IMG/VR virus record: IMGVR_UViG_3300042987_004038 | Coordinates: 32,831-96,830 of that record | Direction: 5' to 3' (one strand) | Origin: a virus | Length of the DNA stretch: 64,000 nucleotides | Shown here: positions 50,110 through 59,603 of the stretch, piece after piece | Layout: each line of letters begins with the position of its first letter | Position numbering within the stretch: position 1 is the stretch's first letter | Program-made: the position numbers and the translations under genes | The notes under the pieces: model-generated | The model's input: the letters and a program-made list of their open reading frames with translations, nothing else | Told to the model about the DNA's origin: nothing | Databases searched by the model: none

Positions 50110-50124
50110 TTCTCCTAGTAAAAT
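50097..50124 (+). promoter_or_regulatory. Putative sigma70-type promoter for primase (leaderless)
   Basis: TTGTAA-16 nt-TAAAAT, with an in-frame GTG at 50130. Confidence 0.45.
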
Positions 50125-50129
50125 TGTTT

Positions 50130-51095
50130 GTGCAAACAACAATAACTGATCGTGTCAGATTTATTGAGAAAGTCTTTGGAAAGGGTGTCATTGCTAGAAG
50201 CGGTGAGGACATAGCAGTTTCGTGTCCAGTTTGCAATGATACAAAAAAGAAAAAGCTCTCAATATCTCTTAAAAGCTGGAGTTTTCATTGTTGGGTATGC
50301 AACGAAAAAGGGAGAACATTAGTCCCACTAATTAGAAAGACAAAGAGCAGAGAAACTCTTGAAGTCTATAAGCGGGATTTTTTAAATCTAAAATCTTTCC
50401 ATGAAAGCGAAGATGCCAAAGAAGATGAGGTGTTTTCATATCCCGAGGGGTTTGTTCCCGTCGTAAATCTTCTTGATTCAAGGCTTCCAAACGTTAGATC
50501 TGTTATATCTTATCTAAAATCTCGCGGTTTAAAAGAGGCAGATTTTTATAGATACAGAGTCGGAATGACTCCGGCAGGAAAAGACCCTAGACGCGTATTC
50601 TTCATATCTCTTGATGAAGAGGGTAATGAAAACTTTTTTGTTTCAAGAAGCATTGACGATCAATCAAAGTATCGGTATGTAAATTCAAAGGTTGATAAAA
50701 CTTCTATCATCTTTAATGAATGTGATATTGACTGGAATGAGCCAATTTTTCTAGTGGAAGGAGTTTTTGATCAAATTAGTCTATCTAAAAATAGCGCAGT
50801 GCTTCTTGGGTCAACACTTCCCGCTTCAAGTCTTCTTTTCAGAAAGCTAGTGCTCAATGAAGCACATGTGATTATCAGTCTTGATCCCGATGCAAAGAAG
50901 AAGTCGAAAGAAATCGCTGATTCTTTGACTGAATATGGGTGCAAGGTCCAAATTATGGACATTCAAGATTCAAAAGATCTAGGAAGTATGTCTCAACAGC
51001 AGATCAGTGAAGCAATGAAGAATATTTCAGACTGGAATCCAAAGACTTCGCTGCTAACAAAGATAAATTCAATTAGAAGTGGATCGATTTTGTGA
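50130..51095 (+). CDS. DNA primase (DnaG/gp61-like)
   Basis: Zn finger CPVC...HCWVC, YLKSRG, TOPRIM motifs LVEGVFD and LDPDA. Confidence 0.9.
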   Translation: MQTTITDRVRFIEKVFGKGVIARSGEDIAVSCPVCNDTKKKKLSISLKSWSFHCWVCNEKGRTLVPLIRKTKSRETLEVYKRDFLNLKSFHESEDAKEDEVFSYPEGFVPVVNLLDSRLPNVRSVISYLKSRGLKEADFYRYRVGMTPAGKDPRRVFFISLDEEGNENFFVSRSIDDQSKYRYVNSKVDKTSIIFNECDIDWNEPIFLVEGVFDQISLSKNSAVLLGSTLPASSLLFRKLVLNEAHVIISLDPDAKKKSKEIADSLTEYGCKVQIMDIQDSKDLGSMSQQQISEAMKNISDWNPKTSLLTKINSIRSGSIL

Positions 51096-51101
51096 TATTT
51101 A
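51095..51101 (+). promoter_or_regulatory. Putative late promoter (ATATTTA)
   Basis: Same 13-mer context as at 45165..45177. ATG lies 6 nt downstream. Confidence 0.55.
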
Positions 51102-51107
51102 ATCATT

Positions 51108-51392
51108 ATGAAAAACGTAAGACACGCAATTCGATCAATTCTTGCCGATGACGCCCTATATCGAAGAGAAGACATTCCGGGAGATGTAGACGATCCACCT
51201 GACAGTGGGTGCGGATGCAAATCAGAATGTCATTGTGAAGAGGATTTCGTCACGCCAAAATACGCGCTTTACAGTCTTATAGGAGACGCCATCAGGATGT
51301 ATGACCAGATGGAATCAGAAAGCACTGGCAACCCAGAGATTGACGATCTAATAGTCAACATTGCACGAGAGATAAAAAGAACAGTCGGTTGA
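51108..51392 (+). CDS. Small acidic Cys-cluster hypothetical protein
   Basis: 94-aa ORF containing CGCKSECHC. Confidence 0.6.
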   Translation: MKNVRHAIRSILADDALYRREDIPGDVDDPPDSGCGCKSECHCEEDFVTPKYALYSLIGDAIRMYDQMESESTGNPEIDDLIVNIAREIKRTVG

Positions 51393-51417
51393 ATAAGAAC
51401 CCAAAGATGTGTATGAT
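51389..51417 (+). promoter_or_regulatory. Putative sigma70-type promoter for Mre11-Rad50 (leaderless)
   Basis: TTGAAT-17 nt-TATGAT, with ATG at 51424 six nt later. Confidence 0.55.
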
Positions 51418-51423
51418 TGTCTC

Positions 51424-54400
51424 ATGAAGATTGCACACTTTGCTGACGTCCATTTTCGAGGACTTGCGCGTCATTCTGAATATCGCGAGGCTTTTGAGGA
51501 CGCATTCAAAACACTGCGCCAGATTAAGCCAGATTTAATCTATATTGGCGGTGATATTGTTCATTCAAAAACCCAGGGGATTACTCCAGAGCTCATTGAC
51601 GTACTTCGGTGGTGGTTTAAATCGCTAGCCAGCATTGCTCCTGTTGATGTTCTCCTGGGAAACCATGATGGACTCATAATGAACAAACAGCGGCTTGATG
51701 CTGTGTCACCCATTGTTGAGGCGCTTGGTGATCCAAGAATTCGACTTCTCAAAAAGTCTGGTGTCTATTCGACGCAAGACCCGGGTGTTACTTTTTGTGT
51801 TTTCTCTCTCTTTGACCAGGAAGGGTGGAAGTCGGTCTCACCGATACCGGGAAAAATCAATATTGCTCTCTACCACGGATCTGTAAGGGGCGCGCTATCT
51901 GACACTGATTATGAGCTTGAGGGTGAGATAACGACAGGATTCTTTGAGAACTATGATTTCACTTTACTAGGCGACATACACAAGCGACAGTTTCTGAATA
52001 AGCAGAGAACCATTGCCTATTGTGGGTCAACAATTCAGCAGAACTATGCTGAAGAGAAAACAAAAGGATTCTTGCTCTGGGATATTAGATCTCACGATAA
52101 TTTCGATGTCACTTTTCACCCTGTCAAGAATGTGCATCCATTTGTGACAGTCACATGGAGGGATAATGCTGATACCAATCAGCTCCTTAGGGAGATACCA
52201 GAGAGGTCACGTGTTAGATTTGATATTCAATCAAGAGACACTGATGGGCTCAGGAGCTTCTGTTCTCTTGTTGAGTCATCTCTCTCTCCTGTTGAGATAA
52301 CATACAAGACCCAGACAGATAAATCAGGACCAGCAGAGAGTCCGACTGAGGAGATAAAGTCGATAGACGTCAAGCAGGCATTGGTAGATTTTATCAACAG
52401 GAGATCTCTACCATCTCAGGTGAATGAGGAAGCACTCAAAAAGCTTGATTATTACCTTGCTTCTCGAGATGGTGCGGAGGATGCTGTTAGGAATGTCAAG
52501 TGGGACCTAAAGCGCCTCGAGTTTAACAATCTCTTCTCTTATGGTGAGAACAACTACATTGACTTTGACGTCATGCCTGGGATTACGGGAATCTTTGGCA
52601 AGAACAGGTCTGGAAAGTCATCCATCATCGGTTCAATAACCTACTGCCTATTCAACACGACTGACCGTGGTAGCATGAAGAATCTTCATATTATCAATTC
52701 AAAGAAGAATGCATGCAGCGCAAAGGCGAGAGTATCTGTTTCTTCAGATGAATATGAGATCTCACGTGAGACAGTCAAGAATTTTCCCAAGAAGGGCGAA
52801 GTCTGGGCCAGCACGACGCTGTCTGTCACAAAACTCGGTGATGACGAAGAGAGTCACGTTGATCTGAACGATGAACAACGCCGTGAGACTGAAAAGGTCC
52901 TGCGCAAACTAATCGGCAATTCAGATGATTTCTTCTACACTTGCCTTGCTCCGCAGGGAAATATGAATCTCTTCATCAATGAGAAATCGACAGCTCGCAA
53001 GCAGATGCTGACTCGATTCCTTGACATTGACTACTTTGAGGAGCTTCACAACCGGGTCAAGTCTGATATCTCGCCCTATAGGGCGAGGCTCAAGGGTGCC
53101 GGTTCTGAGCAGGAGTGCAAAAATCAGATAGCTGAGCGCCAGAAAAAGATTGAGGACCTTGAGGCGCTCAAGAAGGCTTGCCGGGAGGAAGCAGAGCGGC
53201 TGAGAAGTCTGATATCGGACATCACGATGAAGATCTCACCTGATGTCGTCAACGATAGAAAGGAAATGGGACGACTTCAGTCATCTCGAGATTCTCTTAT
53301 TAGCGATATTGCGCGGATTGAGAATGAGATTAAGTCTGAGGAGAGCACACAGGAAGCTGTTAAGTCGAAGCATGAACGTGCAAAGACAGTTCTAGAGTCT
53401 GTCAATTTTGATGAGCTTCAAAAGTCTGCCAACGACCAACGTGACATCACGCGTCAAATCGAGTCTGAGGAACGCGATCTCAGGTCCAAGAAGCGCGAGA
53501 GAGACATCCTGACAAAGTCTGTTGAACTTCTAAGTCAGGTCCCATGTCATGGTCAGTATCCTAGCTGCCAATTCATCTGTGATTCACACAGAAACAAGGA
53601 GAGGCTTCCTGGCATCGACTCACAGATCAGCGCCAAGGACAGGTCAATCAGTATCCTCAGGAATAGATCTACGACCCTAGAGAAGGATGACCCGACCACG
53701 TCTTTGCAGAAGGCTACCAAAATTCGAGACCTCGAGAAGGACCTAAAGGTCGAGATTGAGCGGCACGAATCAAAGCTGGGAATTCTTAGAGAACGTATTA
53801 AGAACAAGCGCACAGATCTTCAGCAAGTAGAGACTCGGCTGAGGGAGATACAGCAGAAGATCTCAGGCACAGACATTCCCGAGGACACGCGTCTTGATGA
53901 ATACAACGATTCACTCAAGCACGCAGAGAACATGTCAATCTCTCATGCAACTGATATCGGTGTTCAGACTGAAAAGATTAACCAGCTCAAGAAGCAGCTT
54001 GAGGAGATTAGCTCCTCGCAGGATGCCATGCGCGTCCTTGAGACGCTCGAATCGGCTTTCTCAAAGAATGGCGTGCCACATGAAATTATCGCATCGGCAT
54101 TGCCACGAATCAATGCAGAGATCTCAGCGATTCTAGATGGAATTGCCGGTTTTACAGTTCAGATTGAATCAGATGATTCAAACTCCGTTGAGATTTACCT
54201 CAACTATGGTGACAACCGTCGACTGATTGAGCTAGGATCTGGAATGGAAAAGATGATATCCTCCATTGCCATTCGTGTTGCCCTCACCAATATCTCTGCT
54301 CTTCCAAAGTCAAGCATGTTCATCATCGATGAGGGATTTGGTGCACTTGATGACAGCAATCTTGAGGCATGCGCGCGCCTTCTGACCAATCTCAAGGGCT

Positions 54401-54507
54401 ACTTTAAGAACATCCTTATTATCTCACACGTTGATACAATTAAGGATGTTGTCGATAATGTTATCGATATCGGATGGGAAGATGGATTCGCAAGAGTCGC
54501 ATGCTAG
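51424..54507 (+). CDS. Mre11/SbcD-Rad50/SbcC fusion (gp47-gp46-like recombination nuclease)
   Basis: Phosphoesterase motifs ADVH, GGD, GNHD, YHG and GDIH, then Walker A GKNRSGKS, a long coiled coil, GSGME signature, FIIDEGFGALD and IISH, all in one ORF. Confidence 0.92.
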   Translation: MKIAHFADVHFRGLARHSEYREAFEDAFKTLRQIKPDLIYIGGDIVHSKTQGITPELIDVLRWWFKSLASIAPVDVLLGNHDGLIMNKQRLDAVSPIVEALGDPRIRLLKKSGVYSTQDPGVTFCVFSLFDQEGWKSVSPIPGKINIALYHGSVRGALSDTDYELEGEITTGFFENYDFTLLGDIHKRQFLNKQRTIAYCGSTIQQNYAEEKTKGFLLWDIRSHDNFDVTFHPVKNVHPFVTVTWRDNADTNQLLREIPERSRVRFDIQSRDTDGLRSFCSLVESSLSPVEITYKTQTDKSGPAESPTEEIKSIDVKQALVDFINRRSLPSQVNEEALKKLDYYLASRDGAEDAVRNVKWDLKRLEFNNLFSYGENNYIDFDVMPGITGIFGKNRSGKSSIIGSITYCLFNTTDRGSMKNLHIINSKKNACSAKARVSVSSDEYEISRETVKNFPKKGEVWASTTLSVTKLGDDEESHVDLNDEQRRETEKVLRKLIGNSDDFFYTCLAPQGNMNLFINEKSTARKQMLTRFLDIDYFEELHNRVKSDISPYRARLKGAGSEQECKNQIAERQKKIEDLEALKKACREEAERLRSLISDITMKISPDVVNDRKEMGRLQSSRDSLISDIARIENEIKSEESTQEAVKSKHERAKTVLESVNFDELQKSANDQRDITRQIESEERDLRSKKRERDILTKSVELLSQVPCHGQYPSCQFICDSHRNKERLPGIDSQISAKDRSISILRNRSTTLEKDDPTTSLQKATKIRDLEKDLKVEIERHESKLGILRERIKNKRTDLQQVETRLREIQQKISGTDIPEDTRLDEYNDSLKHAENMSISHATDIGVQTEKINQLKKQLEEISSSQDAMRVLETLESAFSKNGVPHEIIASALPRINAEISAILDGIAGFTVQIESDDSNSVEIYLNYGDNRRLIELGSGMEKMISSIAIRVALTNISALPKSSMFIIDEGFGALDDSNLEACARLLTNLKGYFKNILIISHVDTIKDVVDNVIDIGWEDGFARVAC

Positions 54508-54730
54508 ATCGATGCCTTTTTTCTGTAGCATTTGTGAGTTTCCACACGATTTGAATAGAGACTGGCAATATTTTGAGAAATTTGAAATGTGTCAGGAATG
54601 TGCAATGACGCTGGTGGAAGCACGTCAAAATGAGTGGAAATTAGGCTGGAGACCAAGTCAGGACCAGATAGATATATATGTTAATGAAAGAATGCGCCTA
54701 GCAAGGCAATTGAGGGGATACAATGCTTAA
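54482..54730 (+). CDS. Small Zn-finger-like protein
   Basis: CSIC...CQEC. The start is uncertain (54482 or 54512). Confidence 0.6.
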   Translation: MDSQESHARSMPFFCSICEFPHDLNRDWQYFEKFEMCQECAMTLVEARQNEWKLGWRPSQDQIDIYVNERMRLARQLRGYNA

Positions 54731-55106
54731 TATGCAGGACATAAACGTTCTGGGACAGATTTTAAATACAACATGGGGATCAAGTTCAACCGTTGTCTCT
54801 CCTAGATTTTCAATCAAGAGCACAATGAACGGAGAGATTCTTGTTCTCACCTACACGACTATTACAAATATAGTAATGGGAATAAATCCAAGAGATCAAG
54901 TAAAGGAGCAGGAGAGAGAGTCAGTTGAGACTATGAAGTCATATGTTAAGAAAGTTGAAAAAGAATTCAAAGAAGCTACTGGGAATTCACTCAAACTTAA
55001 AGAGACATCAACAGATGATTCAATAGAGATGATCTCTATGTCACCTCACAATCCGAAGCGCACTGCATATTATCGGAGAAAGTCGACTTACACGATCGGT
55101 GTTTAA
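54723..55106 (+). CDS. Hypothetical protein upstream of terminase
   Basis: Clean coupled ORF with no recognisable motif. Confidence 0.6.
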   Translation: MLNMQDINVLGQILNTTWGSSSTVVSPRFSIKSTMNGEILVLTYTTITNIVMGINPRDQVKEQERESVETMKSYVKKVEKEFKEATGNSLKLKETSTDDSIEMISMSPHNPKRTAYYRRKSTYTIGV

Positions 55107-56717
55107 GTGTCAGCGCCGCAACTAAGCAAGCAGAATCAAGTTCAAGAAATAATTAGATGCGGCAAAGATCCTGTCTATTTTTTCAACACTTATGTAAAAA
55201 TTCAACACCCTACCAAGGGATTGCTACCTTTCAAGACGTATCCGTTTCAAAATGATTGTGTCAAAGACTTTATTGATCACAGATTCAATGTTGTTGTTAA
55301 GGGTAGACAGCTTGGTCTTTCTACATTGGTTGCAGCATATGCTGTCTGGCTTGCTCTTTATCAAAAAGACAAGAACATTCTCATCATTGCAACAAAGCTC
55401 CAAGTAGCTCAAAATTTTATCAAAAAGACAAAAACAATCCTCAGGAATTTGCCGCCCTGGCTTATGCTGCCGAAAATAACTGCTGACAATAAGCAGTTTA
55501 TTGAGTTCAGTCACGGTTCGTCAATCAAGGCAATTCCAACTTCAGATGATGCAGGAAGATCAGAATCTCTGTCTCTCCTAATTGTTGATGAGGCGGCTTT
55601 CGTAAAAAACTTTGATGAACTCTGGACAGGCTTGTATCCGACACTCTCTACTGGTGGTCGAGCAATCGTTCTTTCTACGCCCAACGGTGTAGGTGGTCAA
55701 TACTATAAGCTTTACAAAGAGGCGGAGTCGGGTGTCAACGAGTTTAATGCAATTAAGCTCAACTGGGACGTTCACCCAGAAAGAGATCAAGCCTGGTTTG
55801 ACAAAGAAACAAGAAATATGTCTGCCCGCCAGGTTGCACAGGAGCTACTTTGCGACTTTGCAGCGTCAGGAGAGACATTTCTTGGAGATGAAGAAATAAA
55901 ATGGGTCTATTCAAACATAAAAAGTCCAATTGATAGGAAAGGAATAGACAGAAACGTGTGGATCTGGAGATATCCGCTGGCTGAATCAAAATATCTGATC
56001 TCAGCGGACGTTGCAAGGGGTGATGGAAAAGACTATTCTACGTTTCACATCATTGATTTAATGGCAGGAGATGTAGTCGCTGAATATAGGGGTAAGATTG
56101 CACCCGATAGATTTGGCGACCTACTTTATGAGTTTGGAATGATGTATAACAAGGCACTGCTGTGTCCAGAAAATAACACATATGGATATGCTACCATCAT
56201 AAAGCTCAGAGATCTTGGATATCCAAGGATGTATTACCAAAAGAGCAACGCAGTCTATATTGGAGACTACATTCCTCCAGGAAATACTGAGTCTGCAGGA
56301 TTTAACACTAGTGGAAAAACACGTGGATTGATTCTCACCAAGCTGGAAGAACTGATAAGAAATAAACAGATTGTAACATACTCATCCAGGTTCTATGATG
56401 AGCTCAAGACTTTTGTGTGGCAAGATAACCGAGTTGCAGCCATGAAAGGAGAGAATGACGATCTTGTCATGTCTCTTGCGATCGGGTGCTGGCTATATGA
56501 TGCATCATCCGAGCACTCTAGAGATGCTGGTGAATTAAATAGAGCAATGCTTGCAGGAATGTCAGTTAATGCTAATCACTTTAACGGCGCATCGAATAGT
56601 ATTATAAGGAATGAACACATAAAAAATGTTCAAGCAAAACGAGATCTAGTTACAGGCGGAAAAAGACCTCAGTCAGGAATGATTCCTCCAGAATTTGCGT
56701 GGATGTATAGGGGATAA
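55107..56717 (+). CDS. Terminase large subunit (gp17-like)
   Basis: CGKDPVYF, YPFQ, KGRQLGLST, LIVDEAAF, STPNG, ADVARG, NDDLVMS. Confidence 0.95.
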   Translation: MSAPQLSKQNQVQEIIRCGKDPVYFFNTYVKIQHPTKGLLPFKTYPFQNDCVKDFIDHRFNVVVKGRQLGLSTLVAAYAVWLALYQKDKNILIIATKLQVAQNFIKKTKTILRNLPPWLMLPKITADNKQFIEFSHGSSIKAIPTSDDAGRSESLSLLIVDEAAFVKNFDELWTGLYPTLSTGGRAIVLSTPNGVGGQYYKLYKEAESGVNEFNAIKLNWDVHPERDQAWFDKETRNMSARQVAQELLCDFAASGETFLGDEEIKWVYSNIKSPIDRKGIDRNVWIWRYPLAESKYLISADVARGDGKDYSTFHIIDLMAGDVVAEYRGKIAPDRFGDLLYEFGMMYNKALLCPENNTYGYATIIKLRDLGYPRMYYQKSNAVYIGDYIPPGNTESAGFNTSGKTRGLILTKLEELIRNKQIVTYSSRFYDELKTFVWQDNRVAAMKGENDDLVMSLAIGCWLYDASSEHSRDAGELNRAMLAGMSVNANHFNGASNSIIRNEHIKNVQAKRDLVTGGKRPQSGMIPPEFAWMYRG

Positions 56718-56718
56718 A

Positions 56719-58746
56719 ATGGCAAAGAATGAAAACATCTTCAATCGACTGACAACGCTCTTTAGGAGCGGCCCAGTCGTTAAGAGAAGAGTAAGACAAT
56801 ATAAGGCAAGTGAAACAAGCACTTCTGCATATGAGCTTTTTAGAAAGACGCAGAGCAACGTTTATAGCACTGCAATGAGCGCGTATGGCGCGTATGACAG
56901 AATGGCAAGGTATTCTGACTTCCAGGAGATGGAATATACACCTGAAATTGCAAGCGCACTTGACATTTATTCTGAAGAAACAGTTTCGCCAGATGATCGT
57001 GGAAACATTCTGCACATTTACTCAGAAAATGCTCAAATACAGCGTCTGCTCAATGAGCTATTTTATGACACTCTGAATGTCAATTTCAACATGACTTCAT
57101 GGGTTAGAAACATGTGCAAGTACGGAGACTTCTTCCTATTCAACGATGTCTCTCCTGAGCACGGTGTTGTCAATGTATTTCCAATAGCAGTCAATGAGAT
57201 TGAAAGAGAAGAGGGATTTGACAAGGATGATCCTCTTGCAGTCAGATATAGGTGGGTGACGCAAGGAAATCAAACCTTGCAAAACTGGCAAGTTTCACAC
57301 TTCAGGCTATTGGGAAATGATGCATTTCTTCCTTATGGAACTTCTGTCCTTGAAGCAGCTCGAAGAATCTGGAGACAGATGATTCTTGTTGAGGATGCGA
57401 TGCTCGTCTACCGAATCATTAGAGCACCGGACCGCAGAGTGTTCTACGTTGACGTTGGAAACGTTCCTCCTGAAGAAATTCCAAATTACATGGAACAGGC
57501 TCAGTCAACTCTCAAAAAGAATCAAGTAATTGATCGTGCAACCGGAAGAGTTGACCTTCGTTACAATCCGATGTCTGTCGACGAGGATTACTTCATACCC
57601 GTTAGGGGTGGGCAATCAGGGACAAAGGTTGAAAATCTAGGAGGTGGTACAAACGCTGCTGCAATCGAAGATGTACAATATATCCAGAAAAAGCTTTTTT
57701 CTGCCCTAAAGATTCCAAAAGCATATCTTGGCTACGATGAAGGATTGGGTGCTAAGGCGACTCTTTCTCAAGAAGATATTAGATTCTCACGGTCGATTAA
57801 TAGAATCCAGAGAACCGTAGTATCTGAACTGAACAAGCTTGCAATTGTTCACCTCTACTGCAATGGATTTGATGGCCACGACTTGCTAGACTTTGAACTT
57901 AAGCTCACAAACCCATCTACAATTGCACAACAGCAAAAGCTAGAGCTCTACAATACAAAGTTTACAATAGCTCAGGCTGCAAAGAACGTTGAAAATCTTG
58001 TGGACATGAAATGGATTAAGAAGAACATTTTCATGATGCCAGATGAAGAAATTGAAGATATCGATAAAGGCCTTGTACAAGACAAAGAGCAGTCTTTGAG
58101 ACTTGAGGCTGTAAAGCTCCCAGAGCCTCCAGGCGCAGAGCAAGGGGGAGAAGGTTCTCCTCCAGGAGAAGGAGCTGAAACTACTGCTGGAATTGATCTT
58201 GCTCCTTCCTCAGGGGGAGCTTCTCCGATCACAGCTGGAGATTCAAGAAACAATAGAGGCCTTCCTCCCATAGACGAGGTTGATATTGATTATGATGAAG
58301 ACGTTGACCTGTCTAAAATAGCTGCAGCAAAGGGTTTGCCTTTGAAGGCTTTTGCAGGACTTTCAAGGCCTCGACCAGAGAAGCGTCAAATTCTAGATGA
58401 AAAGACCAAAATTGGACCAGACTACGCAGAAAGAGAGATCTACAATAGATCGAGAAGAAAAATGACTGGGTCGATCGGTACGAGGACACATCATAATGAC
58501 ATGGTAAAGTCTGATAAAAAAGATCCTCGTGATTCCATTGCGCATCCACACGGAGAGAAGAAAGACCTCATAAATCCACTAAAGAACGCGCACAAGGTGA
58601 AGATCGATGAAGGTGATTCTTACATTGAAGATTTTCTTGATAAGAGTCTAAAAAGCACAGAACGTCACGATCTTGAAGTCGAAGGGATACTTAGATCATT
58701 AGGCAGCATTGGCTCTGTGTCAAATACGACAGAGGAGAAAAAATAA
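56719..58746 (+). CDS. Portal protein (gp20-like) with long C-terminal extension
   Basis: EDAMLVYRIIRAPDRRVFYVDVGNVP, EDYFIPVRG, IEDVQYIQKKLFSALKIP. Start re-called at ATG 56719. Confidence 0.95.
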   Translation: MAKNENIFNRLTTLFRSGPVVKRRVRQYKASETSTSAYELFRKTQSNVYSTAMSAYGAYDRMARYSDFQEMEYTPEIASALDIYSEETVSPDDRGNILHIYSENAQIQRLLNELFYDTLNVNFNMTSWVRNMCKYGDFFLFNDVSPEHGVVNVFPIAVNEIEREEGFDKDDPLAVRYRWVTQGNQTLQNWQVSHFRLLGNDAFLPYGTSVLEAARRIWRQMILVEDAMLVYRIIRAPDRRVFYVDVGNVPPEEIPNYMEQAQSTLKKNQVIDRATGRVDLRYNPMSVDEDYFIPVRGGQSGTKVENLGGGTNAAAIEDVQYIQKKLFSALKIPKAYLGYDEGLGAKATLSQEDIRFSRSINRIQRTVVSELNKLAIVHLYCNGFDGHDLLDFELKLTNPSTIAQQQKLELYNTKFTIAQAAKNVENLVDMKWIKKNIFMMPDEEIEDIDKGLVQDKEQSLRLEAVKLPEPPGAEQGGEGSPPGEGAETTAGIDLAPSSGGASPITAGDSRNNRGLPPIDEVDIDYDEDVDLSKIAAAKGLPLKAFAGLSRPRPEKRQILDEKTKIGPDYAEREIYNRSRRKMTGSIGTRTHHNDMVKSDKKDPRDSIAHPHGEKKDLINPLKNAHKVKIDEGDSYIEDFLDKSLKSTERHDLEVEGILRSLGSIGSVSNTTEEKK

Positions 58747-59603
58747 TGGAAATAAACATAAATCACAACAAAAAGAGAAATGTTGGGATAGTGTACGAGT
58801 TGCTTCTACGCGCTGTTTCTTCATATCTTGTCGAGGGCAACAAGGAAAAGGCTCAGACCGCGCTTGACATTATTTCAAGAAGATTTTCGAGAGATACTGA
58901 ACTATTCAAAGAATTTAGGCTTTTCAATGCGCTTGCAAAAACGAAGGTCACAGACTCAGCAATTTCTGCAGTCATATTAACTGAGTCAAAATCTGCTGCA
59001 AGAAGGATTGATCTCGCTAAGCTTGACAGAGAGAAGTCTTTGCTGATAAAAGAAATCAATCATACGTTGAATGACAGCCTCTTCTTCCACAGAAGAATTT
59101 CAAATTATAGAGATCTTGCAACAATACAGATTGCACTCAATGAGTGGACACAGGGAGATCGTTCAGATCTTTCCCGGACTGTAATGGTCGAGACAAAGCT
59201 CGTCGAAATTCTTAAATGCGTGACACCGGAGCAGCGACCCTTACAAGAAGATAATTCTAATGTTGATTCACTTGTTATCAAAATTCTAAATGAAAAGTTC
59301 AACAAGAAGTATGCAGGAAGTCTAACTGCTGATCAAAGAGATCTCATTAGGGACTATGTTTTAATGGATTCATCATCCGGGCCCGATTCTAAGATGATAG
59401 AGAGAGCTTCTAAAATACAAAAAGAATCGCTTAGATGTCTTGATGAAATTGAAAAGAATGAAAAAAATCAAATAATCCAGGAAAACATAAAGGATATTAG
59501 AAAAAAAGTGACAAGCCTGGACATCAAGAATCTCGGAGATGAGACTCTTGGAAAATTAATGACGCTATCTCAGCTTATTGAAGAATCAAAGGAGACAAAA
59601 TGA
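58746..59603 (+). CDS. Head-module hypothetical protein
   Basis: Lies between portal and protease. HNKKRNVGIVYELLLR N-terminus, helical. Confidence 0.6.
   Translation: MEININHNKKRNVGIVYELLLRAVSSYLVEGNKEKAQTALDIISRRFSRDTELFKEFRLFNALAKTKVTDSAISAVILTESKSAARRIDLAKLDREKSLLIKEINHTLNDSLFFHRRISNYRDLATIQIALNEWTQGDRSDLSRTVMVETKLVEILKCVTPEQRPLQEDNSNVDSLVIKILNEKFNKKYAGSLTADQRDLIRDYVLMDSSSGPDSKMIERASKIQKESLRCLDEIEKNEKNQIIQENIKDIRKKVTSLDIKNLGDETLGKLMTLSQLIEESKETK

Noticed and set aside
55107-58746. Inteins or introns in terminase and portal
   Set aside because: The conserved motifs are contiguous at normal spacing, with no splice-junction or homing-endonuclease motifs.
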